Source: Wallemia ichthyophaga EXF-994
Lineage: Eukaryota; Fungi; Basidiomycota
Reading direction: 5' to 3'
Length of the DNA stretch: 62,000 nt
Assembly: GCF_000400465.1 (NCBI RefSeq)
Contig: NW_008806285.1
Coordinates: 82,001-144,000, forward strand
The notes beneath the pieces were generated by a model. That model worked only from the letters and a program-made list of their open reading frames with translations, had not been told where the DNA came from and made no database searches. Below are positions 1 through 9,080 of this stretch, one piece after another (positions within the stretch are counted from its first letter, which is position 1; each line of letters begins with the position of its first letter). The position numbers were made by a program, and so were the translations under genes.

Positions 1-343
1 GGGGGCAGGGTGAGTGGGAGTTAAGTGTGAAATTTTTCTGTCTCATCACATCAAACAGATCAGATCACAAGGCGCGCTGCACCCGTATGCAGTGTTTGAG
101 AGCAGGCGCGGTAGTTTGTTTAGAGGACAACTTGCAGGTAATCGCGTTAAGCATCAGATATCCATCCTCGACGATAGTAGGGTTTCCCCGATTACCTCAT
201 TCGTTCTTATCATCGCTAACCAGGCTAAACACTGCTGCGTGTGGAGCAGGAATCTTGATGGTCTGGCTAAGCGGTACGATCTCACTCAATATCATAAGTC
301 TCAGGGTATGATCTTCAACCCTGCCGGAGCAGCTGGTGGATGA
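1..343 (+). CDS. 3' part of an uncharacterised protein (paralogue A of the convergent pair); 5' end outside the window
   Basis: Intron GTGAGT(10)...CAG(58), then an in-frame exon 59-343 ending TGA. C-terminus FVLIIA...VWSRNLDGLAKRYDLTQYHKSQGMIFN aligns with the ORF at 499-1119. Confidence 0.7.
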
Positions 344-498
344 TCATGGCTGCGGCTAGTCGATTGTCGCTAGTCACACAACACATATCACTGCAATGCA
401 AATGCAACGTAACGTTACCTATACTCTAGCTTTTCATGTAACCTTAATGCTCTTAGAAACTATCTGCTGCACGTCAGTTTGACATCACGCTAAACCCC

Positions 499-1119
499 TC
501 ACCTACTTGGTGCCTGCTCATTCACCACCATCCCCAGCCGCTTGTCGTACTGCATGAGATCGTGCCGCTCGGCCAGCCCGTCGAGGCGCTTGCACCAGAC
601 GACGCGGGTGAAAATACGCGCGGCAACGAGCAGAATAAAAGCAGGGAGAACGTAGCATTGCTGCGATGTCTGCAAGTAGGTGTGCAAGTGCAATCCCAGC
701 CTAGTTCTGCGTTCGCAGTACAGTGCAACTACGTTATGATCAGGTGTGCGTATCTCGTTTCCAATGCAATGTAGTTTCACTTTTTCGTCTCCGATTCCGT
801 CTGGCTGCAGCTGCAGCGACAACACCTCCCCACTGCCATTGCCTTGGCCACATACAGCACCCACGGCGACAGAGTACGAGTGCACAGTCTGTCTGAGTAG
901 GTGCTGCCGCATGTACAGCTCTCCTTCCTCAGTGATAGTGTGGGCTATTGTCGCCACTATTCTTCCATTCTGCTTTATACGCACCACAAACTCCTCTTGG
1001 TCGTATTCACAGTGTATGTTGCACTCAGGTATCGCAGCATTCGCCGCGTCTAGCCCATCGCCTCGCCTCCATCGACTGCTCCCATTGTTGCACTGGGACA
1101 CTATCGCAAACGACGTCAT
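499..1119 (-). CDS. Uncharacterised 206-aa protein (paralogue B); possible Tubby/LURP/scramblase-like beta fold
   Basis: Intronless ORF. C-terminus FILLVA...VWCKRLDGLAERHDLMQYDKRLGMVVN matches paralogue A. The fold guess rests only on the strand pattern followed by a hydrophobic helix. Confidence 0.7.
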   Translation of the reverse strand: MTSFAIVSQCNNGSSRWRRGDGLDAANAAIPECNIHCEYDQEEFVVRIKQNGRIVATIAHTITEEGELYMRQHLLRQTVHSYSVAVGAVCGQGNGSGEVLSLQLQPDGIGDEKVKLHCIGNEIRTPDHNVVALYCERRTRLGLHLHTYLQTSQQCYVLPAFILLVAARIFTRVVWCKRLDGLAERHDLMQYDKRLGMVVNEQAPSR

Positions 1120-1173
1120 GGAGGATGAATAAGTTAATTTAAGCGTTTTATCAATTTAGTCGCTTTAGTCACT

Positions 1174-2181
1174 CTAGTCTACAGTCACGACAATCTTGCC
1201 CGTGTTCTCGTTAGCCGCCATGCAGTCATGCGCCAGTGCGATCTGTTTCCAGCTGAACACGCTGTGTATTCTCAACTCGAGGTCCTTGCCGACTTTGTCG
1301 AGAGCTGCCTTTCTGAAGTCGTTAAGGAGGTCTCCCTGATACTCTGCGCTCCTAGATCTGAGCGTGCTGCCCTGTATGCAGAGTCTCTTGAAGATAATAG
1401 GTCCTACATTAACCTCGCTGGCGACCATACCAGACATAACGCCAAGGAGGACGATGCGTGCATCTTTACCGGCAGCGTTAATGTTGGCGTTCAAGTAAGA
1501 CTGACCGACCATATCGACGATGACGTCGACGCCTTTGTTATCAGTGTGAGCCAGCACCTCTTTATCGAAGCTCTGCGTGCGGTAGTTGATGCCATGTGTA
1601 GCGCCCATTGGGAGACCTTTGACAGCGTCTATCTTAGCGTCTGATCCAGCCGTAGCGAAGACACGCCTAGCGCCGTAATGTCTGGCCAGCTGAATAGCAG
1701 CCATGCCCACACCGCTCGCGCCGGCATGTATGAGCACATCGTCGCCCGCCTTGATACGTCCTATGGTCGACAGAGCCTGGTGCGCAGTGAGGTAATTCTC
1801 GCAGATAGCCGCACACTGGACGTGCGTGAGGTGGGTTGGTTTGCGCAGGATCATGTGCGCGTCGACGGCTATATACTCGGCATATGCCCCGCCATAAGCT
1901 AAGCCAAACACCTCGTCGTCGATTTTCCACTCAGCACTCTGGTTCGCGTCGACTACTACGCCCGAGAACTCCACACCGAGCGTCTTGGGCGCCTGCGGCG
2001 GCAGCGGATACATACCCTTTGCTTGGAGCAGATCCATGCGGTTCACGCCGAACGCAACGACTTTGACAAGCACCTGTGTCGCGCTGAGAGCGGGTTGCGG
2101 CGTGACCTGGATCTTGAGATCAGAGCTGCTGTTCGCAACGTCGTTCGGCGTGTCTATCACAACTGATTTCATAGTGGCCAT
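1174..2181 (-). CDS. NAD(P)H:quinone oxidoreductase, PIG3-like (zinc-independent MDR family)
   Basis: 335-aa intronless ORF with GVNRMDLLQAKGMYP, Rossmann motif HAGASGVG, GSTLRSR and C-terminal NTGKIV. Confidence 0.93.
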   Translation of the reverse strand: MATMKSVVIDTPNDVANSSSDLKIQVTPQPALSATQVLVKVVAFGVNRMDLLQAKGMYPLPPQAPKTLGVEFSGVVVDANQSAEWKIDDEVFGLAYGGAYAEYIAVDAHMILRKPTHLTHVQCAAICENYLTAHQALSTIGRIKAGDDVLIHAGASGVGMAAIQLARHYGARRVFATAGSDAKIDAVKGLPMGATHGINYRTQSFDKEVLAHTDNKGVDVIVDMVGQSYLNANINAAGKDARIVLLGVMSGMVASEVNVGPIIFKRLCIQGSTLRSRSAEYQGDLLNDFRKAALDKVGKDLELRIHSVFSWKQIALAHDCMAANENTGKIVVTVD

Positions 2182-2583
2182 GGTGGTTGTGTGATGTGTG
2201 GTGTGCAGGGTGAAGTTCTTCCCTGTTTAGTAAGCATTCTTCTCGAAATATCTGCTTCTTCGGAATATCTGCTCCGCTGAGTAAGCACCGGCAGCGGTGC
2301 ACGTCTGCGCAACAGCACGCATTGCATTGCCATTTCATCACTCCTCCTTATCCGCTTATCGCACCTGCCGAGCGGAATTGGCTATGATGCATATGACGTA
2401 TGTGATGTTGGACGAATCTTCGCCGCGTGACCACCCAGCAAAGACGCGCAACTCCCACAACGCCGCGGAGATGGGACTCGTACCGCCGCTGAAACTTATC
2501 AGTGATGAATTTTGGAGTACCGTAGGAGTATCCCACTCGAAGGTGTAATTGATCGATGACGCAATATTACTCCATGTCTAGCG

Positions 2584-2590
2584 TATAAAA
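2584..2590 (+). promoter_or_regulatory. TATA box of CsbD-like gene 1
   Basis: TATAAAA about 45 nt upstream of the ATG at 2635. Confidence 0.6.
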
Positions 2591-2634
2591 GGTGGAATAT
2601 ATTAAAGTCTATTTCATACACTCAAAAACTCAAC

Positions 2635-2978
2635 ATGTCATCCGACCCAAGCAAGACCAACGCACAATGGAACTCAACCGTCGGCACTGCCAAGGAATCC
2701 TTGGGCAACGCCGTTGGTTCTGAAGACTACTCCAAGGCCGGTAAAGAGCAACATGCCAAAGGTGAAGCCGAGAGAAAGGAGGCTGAAGCCAAGCAATACG
2801 GCGAAGGCATGGTCGACTCAGCTGCAGGCAAGATGAAGGTGTGTTGGTGTTTCATGCTTTTCGATACCTGCTAACAAATGCTCAGAACGTCGGTGGCGCT
2901 GTCACTGGTGACAAGGAGAAGCAGGCTGAAGGTGCTGCTCGTGAAGAAAAGGGCGAAACCAAGAGAGACTTCGCTTAA
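2635..2978 (+). CDS. Small hydrophilic CsbD-like / Hmp1-like protein, copy 1 (exons 2635-2838, 2886-2978)
   Basis: Spliced MSSDPSKTNAQWNSTVGTAKESLGNAVG...GKEQHAKGEAE...NVGGAVTGDKEKQAEGAAREEKGETKRDFA*. Intron GTGTGT...CTAAC...CAG. Confidence 0.85.
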
Positions 2979-3679
2979 ATTTCCGTGTAGCTCTCCATAC
3001 CTATTAGTTATGTAATGAACGCACTGAAAACGCTAATATACGCACATAATGATAACTACAATACTTTGTGATGACTGTTCTTGCTCCTGATTTATATCAC
3101 ACGGGCTAATGAATCCAGCTGTGTCGCGGTGTTAACGCTACAGAAAGTGTCGCTTAAATTATTAGATGCGGATGCTTGATTAATGTTATAGTAGAATACT
3201 CCCAAGTACTCAAAGGTTAGAGCGACTTGTACGATCGACGCTATCTGCGCATCGACTGATGCAGAGGAAATCGAAATGAATAATTAGAGGCGTTGTAATG
3301 TATTGATCGCCGTAGAAGTTACCTCAAGCATGTTTGTGTCTTTGCCATGTCGTCTTCGATTTCCAAGACACAGAAAAGTAACTAGAATGTACTACAAGCT
3401 GCATCAAGTCAAAAAGGATTTTAAACAGAGCAAAGCCTTTAATGCCACAGATCAATCCATCTCGTTGAATAGCATCTCAACAAAGTTGGCCACTTTGCAC
3501 GTGATAATTTTCATTACATCAATATAAAAGCCCGCTTTTCTTTCTCTCGAACAACAACCTCCATAGTAAGTTTGTAATTGATGGAATTGGTGGTGATTAA
3601 ACATTATAATACATGATTGATCTACACCACCAATTCGTGCAGCTACGCCACTCATCCGATACTTACTTGACACGCAGAC

Positions 3680-4031
3680 ATGTCATCAGAACCAAGCAAA
3701 ATGAACGCAAACTACGACTCAACGATGGGTTCTGTTAAGGAACAAGCGGGTGAGTGGGGGACTGTTGCGTTAGCACACAAAAGGACATACTCACACCACT
3801 CCAGGCAACCTCCTCGGTAACGAATCGCTCAAACACAGCGGCACCCAACAACATGCCTCCGGCGAAGCCGAGAAAAAGGCTGCAACTGCCAAGCAGTATG
3901 GAGAGGGTGCCGTCGACAATGTTGCTGGCAAGGCACAGAACATCGGCGGTGCCGTCACTGGTGACAAGAGCAAGCAGGCTGAAGGTGCAGCTCGCGAGAA
4001 CAAGGGTGATACGAAAAGAGAGTTTGCGTAG
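3680..4031 (+). CDS. Small hydrophilic CsbD-like / Hmp1-like protein, copy 2 (exons 3680-3749, 3805-4031)
   Basis: Spliced MSSEPSKMNANYDSTMGSVKEQAGNLLG...GEAEKKAA...NIGGAVTGDKSKQAEGAARENKGDTKREFA*; close paralogue of copy 1. Intron GTGAGT...CTCAC...CAG. Confidence 0.85.
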
Positions 4032-4231
4032 ATTGCTTCTAATTGCTTTGATGCATTAACGCATCCACGCATTCACGCTTTGTACTTACGCTTGTAACGA
4101 CTTCTTCACCTATGTTTTACTGATTTACTTTATATTTCACTCGACTGCTGTTATTGAGATTTACGGCTTGTGTGTATTAGTACATGGAACGAGACTTGGA
4201 AAGAGAAGATAAAACATCTAGAGCAAATCCT

Positions 4232-7200
4232 CTAAAGCACGCTGGCAACTTCATCCTCTGAGTCGTCAGCCGCGGGTTCATCGTCATTGCTGTCGCTAAA
4301 GTCGATAGCTTTACTCTGACTCCTAGATCTGGCAGGCTGGTTGCGAGTGCGTTTTGACGGCGAAGGAGCGTCAACTTTCTTGTGCCCACCTTTATCTCTA
4401 GGTTTAGGTTTATATTTAGGTTTAGCAATAGGACTGCCTTTACCCGCGCTCGCCGTATCGTCGCTATCGCTGGCCCTGCTATCCTCCTCACTGATGATGC
4501 CTGGCTCGCTCTCGTCGCTACTGCTATAAGATTTCTTCGTGCTTTTCGAGCGACCTTTAACGCTTTGCGATAAGCTATGCTGGCTACCTTTGCGTTTAGG
4601 TTGTTGTTTCTCCGTCTTCCTGTAACCGGGTGTATACCTATCACCGTATTTAGAGGCAGCGCGCGGGGTGGGAGCCGTTTTAGTGCGGGGTGCCTTCTTC
4701 ACCGGTGTTGCGTCCTCGACCTGGAAGATGCCCGCTTGTTTATACACGTCATTGAGGCTCTCCCGATACTCGTGGTACTCAACGTCGGAGGTATCGATAT
4801 CTCCCAGGGCCTTGAACTGCTTGTGAAGGGTGGTCAGGAAGCGAGCTAGGGCATTACGCGACAATGCATCAGCCAGTGGACGCTGCTCCTGCACTGTCTC
4901 GGCCAGCTTACACGTAAGCCAGATATCCTTCAAGGGTGTATGTCCAGGTATGTACAGTTTCATAAGGAATTGCACTAGGGCCTTCCGGTCCTCTTTCACC
5001 TCCACTTCGAATAGCTCCTTGAGAGTGTCGAACGCGAGCCTCTGCTGGAGGAGGGAGTGGGGGTGTGCATTTGTAGCTGATTCAGGTGAGTTGGCTTCAC
5101 CCGTTATCCCAACAAGGTGGCGCGGATCCGTCCATTCCGACAAGAGCGTCGCTACTTGCGCCACAGTCACCACCGCTTGCTCGTCACTATCACGATCCCA
5201 GTGGTCGCCTATGGCGATAAGCGCTATCTCGGCGAGCCTTGTCTGGTTGTGTGCTGAGCTGTAGGCGTAGACGGGGAAGAAGTACGACAGACACTGCCGC
5301 AGAGCTTGGTTGTCACCGACTTCCGGACTGAAGTATACATACAGCAGTCCGCGCAACAGCTGAAAGGAGGGCGTTAGTGAGGATGGTCACACTTCAACTC
5401 CATGTCAAACTCACACTCGCATCCGTTATCATGCCCGACAGCATCAGTTTCGACACACCCTCGCAAGAAACGGCCTGATATTCGGCGGTGTGACCGTCGA
5501 GGGTGCGCAGAAGGAAGTGGTTGATGTACTCGAGCTGGGTTTTGTTAGAGGGGGTGGCTTATCTGCACGCACTGTTTTCCACTCACACCAAGACCGCCCT
5601 TGTCCGCAAAGAGGGACACGTCGTGCGTCATGAGCAGGTCGATGACGACCTTGAGCGAATGCATATTGAGTGGCTCGGGTGCGGTTTCAGCCTGGTTCAT
5701 GAACATCTGGAAGCTGCCAATAGCGAGTGTGTCAGCTAGTAGGCAGACAAGCCCGAGTGCGTGCAGGCCGCGCTCGCGGATAGCCGCGTCTTTCGACTTG
5801 ACCGAGGGGATAACGAGATCGGGAAGTATACCGCCCAGAGCGCTATTTTCGATAAGGGAGCTGTTGACGCGCTCGAGCATGCCTATCACTACTGCCAAAC
5901 TACGCAGGTCGAGTTCACCGTTATGTGCAAGTTCCGCGTCATTAAGAATGCGCGCAGTGGCAGGACGCGGTTTAGCGGGCGTTGCTATTGTCGAAGCCCC
6001 ATCGCCCACCTCGTCCTCCTCGTCTTCCTCTGCAATGCGCAAGTCACGCAGCTCCGAGATGAGTTCGACAGAGAGAAGTAGAAAATCGCGCTCTGATGCG
6101 GACAGCTTAGCGAGGATGTCGAGCGCAATAGGGACCAGCTGCTCGGGGAGGGTGGGTGAGCTGAGGAGGGCGCGTACGAGCGTAAACACCTTCCGCCGAC
6201 CCATCTCGTCTGCATAGTCGAGGTTGATGGCTAGTTTGAGTAGCTCACCTAGCACAAAATTCGCATTTACTAGCCGATCTGTGTGCTCGTCGCTGTCGTC
6301 GTCGGGCTGCGCTAGCGCTACGACCGCGTTGTACGCACTTTGCATGTGGAACGCCATAGCTGTCACTACGGGAAGCATCTCTAGCTTCGCATAGTCCTCA
6401 TACGCTACACAGTGGTCTACGTAGACGCGCGCTAGGAGCGCGTGCTCTGGCGTTAGCGCACTCCACGCACCCTCGTCTAGCTGCACCGCGTGGAATATGT
6501 CAGGCCGGTGTGTGAAGAGAGCGAGCAGTGCATCTTCTGCAACGCGTGAGTCTATTACGTCGAAATATTCTAGAAACTGAGTAGAAAGTTTATTGTTAGC
6601 TGGGAGTGACTCTGCTTATGCACACCACACGACCCACCAGCTGGAGATTGTTGTCGGCTCTGTCTACCCACGTCGATAACAGACCGGCACAGGCCTTTTG
6701 GACGATTGGATCACGGTCTCCGAGGCCAGCGCGAATGAGGTTTTCGCGCGGGCTCAGGCGGATACTGCGGACATCTTTCAAAGCATCACTAAGCTGGGAG
6801 CCTTCGAAAACAGACTTGCGGGTGACAGGATCGATGTCTCTGGCGCGTGTGAGGAGGGCGGGGATTGTGAGGGGAGTGGGGAAAACGTTTATGAGAGCGA
6901 CTCTTCTTACGGCGACAGTTGGATCAGATGTGATTGCAGAATTGAGAGATTTGGCTATAGCACCACTGTCATCGTCTGAAGCTTGTAGTTTGCACAGAGC
7001 AAGAGTGGCTTGTTGGCGGATGTTTGTCTCCTTATCGTTCATCCTCTCGAGAAGAGAATCCAAGAGAGAATCGAACAAGTCTTCATCCATAGCGCCTAGT
7101 AGGCTTATAATCAGGTTGGAGATCTGCACACAGCGAAATCTGACGTATTTGTCTTTGGCAGAGAAGCCTTTTAAGAGATGGCGCAGGATGTCGGAAGAGA

Positions 7201-7537
7201 GGACGGAGGAGGGAGATTCGAGGAGATGGTCGTCGTCGTCGTTGCTGTCGTCGTTGTCGCCGTTGGGATGTCTCTCCTCGTGATCCTTGGCAGATGCGTA
7301 CGAGAGATAAGTGGTTGCAAAAGCAATGACCCTGTCAGCGTAAGATTTAGACTTTGGGAATTGCATTATACGGGTGAGTGAGCCAATAAAAGCCTTCACG
7401 AAGGCAGTGTAGCCAGATTGATCAGCATCTCTAAGGAGTTGCAGGTGGAATTTACGCAACTTGATTTGATTTGATTTGTGATTTGATAGGGATTTCTGCG
7501 AATCGGTGAAGGCGTCGATTAGAGTATCTAACGACAT
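4232..7537 (-). CDS. YCG1: Condensin non-SMC subunit CAP-G (Ycg1/Cnd3), several introns
   Basis: HEAT-repeat N-terminus (KGFSAKDKYVRFR, RMNDKETNIRQQA, VRRVAL, RARDIDPVTR), Cnd3-type LSYFFPVYAYSS, basic/acidic low-complexity tail. Assembled from ORFs 6596-7537, 5545-6486 and 4232-5356. Confidence 0.9.
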
Positions 7538-7554
7538 GGTGGTTGTGGGTTAAG

Positions 7555-7586
7555 ACGCGTCTGGGCTTGTTGACGCGTCGACGCGT
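7555..7586. promoter_or_regulatory. Three MCB (ACGCGT) elements in the 61-bp bidirectional YCG1/DAM1 promoter
   Basis: ACGCGT at 7555-7560, 7573-7578 and 7581-7586; the last two form the perfect palindrome ACGCGTCGACGCGT. Confidence 0.75.
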
Positions 7587-7598
7587 AGAACCACCAAC

Positions 7599-8450
7599 AT
7601 GTCCATCAAAACACCGTTAAGGAGAGTTAGCAGTGGAGCGCTCAAGCATTCAAATAATAGCAGCAGCTTGAATATTACTAGCAAAGATCACCATCCACTG
7701 GAATTCCTTACACCAGCGCTGACAGACTTATCTGATGAGTTGGATGGAATTATAAGCAGCACACAGCAGCTAGTCGAGTTAGACGATGCCTTATCACAGT
7801 TCAATCACGGCTTTGGTAGTTTGCTGTGGTCATTGAAGTTGAATGCTTATTGTATCAACTGGCCTGAAGCGCCTACAGATGAATCATTTGCCCGGGTAAA
7901 TGAACTCACAGCGCAATTACAACAGTCAATGGCACCCAGAGAACCCAGAGAACCTACACCTGTCGATACACAAGTAGTCCCACAAGAATCTCATTCAAAT
8001 CATTCAAATCCCGCAGACGAAACACAAGCACATGAACCAGAACCCTCGCCAGAACCACTCAAACCAAAGCCAAAAGTTGTCAGTGTACAGCTACGTAAGA
8101 AAAGGGAGGCGTTTGTCGATAGCGTTATAGATTCACTGCCTTTAGAATACAGAGGTTCACAACCAGCCTTAAGAAATGCCATGTCTAGTGTCCTACATGC
8201 ACTTATGAAGCATCAATGTACTACTCCTCAAGGTAATGGTATTCGTACACCAGATATCGTCAAACATCCAGATCTACCTCAAGCCAAGGTAAACAAATGC
8301 CTTATAGCTCTCGTACAGAAGAAGGCTGTGGTGAAGTGGACGGAGAGTGTAAGTAGTGTGTGTCGGGATATATGTCTATCTACTAACTCCTTTTGCTAAT
8401 CACAGGGTGTCGCTTACTACAGACTACAACTAGAAACCCCTAGGCGGTGA
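7599..8450 (+). CDS. DAM1: DASH/Dam1 complex subunit Dam1 with C-terminal extension (exons 7599-8348, 8406-8450)
   Basis: Dam1 core LTDLSDELDGI...LSQFNHGFGSLLWSLKLNAYCINWPEAPTDESF. Intron GTAAGT...CTAAT...CAG adds GVAYYRLQLETPRR*. Confidence 0.85.
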
Positions 8451-8554
8451 TTTGTACGATATATCAGATATGACATCATTCAAAATTGATCCCGAAGACA
8501 GTCCTCGTCAGTACTCTTAGTTAGAATCAAAAACGTTGAAAATCCTAAAAGAGC

Positions 8555-9005
8555 ATGTCTTCGCCAAATAAATCAACTGGAATGTACCACAGCGTTAAAG
8601 GTAAGTCACTACACTCGCGCCAATCGCATCACCCAGGTTTCACATCAAATACCAGGAAACGTCGTTGAATCTGTTGGGACAGTGACTGGGAGTGAGGAAT
8701 GGAAGAAGAGTGGACAGAAAGAGCACGTCGATGGTGAAGCTGAGCAGAAGGTTCCTCTATCGATTCATTCAGAATTCTTACTGATATAAAAACACCAGGC
8801 AGCTCAAATCAAAGACACAGCAACTGGTATGTATGACCAGGCTGCTGGTAGAGTTCAGGGCGTAAAGGCGGCTATCACAGGCGATAAGCCTGGTCAAGTC
8901 AGTGCAGCCGCTCAAGTCAGTCGCACATACGCTTATATATCATTTTATCTAACTTGCTCAACTTTGCAGGAGGAATCAGGCAAAGCAGCGCAGAAGAATG
9001 CTTAA
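8555..9005 (+). CDS. CsbD-like / Hmp1-like protein, copy 3 (exons 8555-8600, 8656-8750, 8799-8915, 8970-9005); absent from the ORF track
   Basis: Spliced MSSPNKSTGMYHSVKGNVVESVGTVTGSEEWKKSGQKEHVDGEAEQKAAQIKDTATG...AITGDKPGQVSAAAQEESGKAAQKNA*; three GT-AG introns keep the frame. Confidence 0.8.
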
Positions 9006-9080
9006 ATGGATATTATTTGTATTCTCTAGTAACATTACATTATACTCCTCTCTTTCACCCACACCACTCACACCGCCAAT

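Noticed and set aside
3068-3090. GTGATGA...CTGA resembling a box C/D snoRNA, with a putative guide CTGTTCTTGCTC loosely like an 18S target
   Set aside because: Guide has mismatches to the remembered rRNA sequence, there is no convincing terminal D box or stem, and such motifs occur by chance.
3303-3673. Short ORFs between CsbD-like copies 1 and 2, including an MSSSISKT start
   Set aside because: Frame stops after 12 codons, has no family motifs and no credible splice sites.
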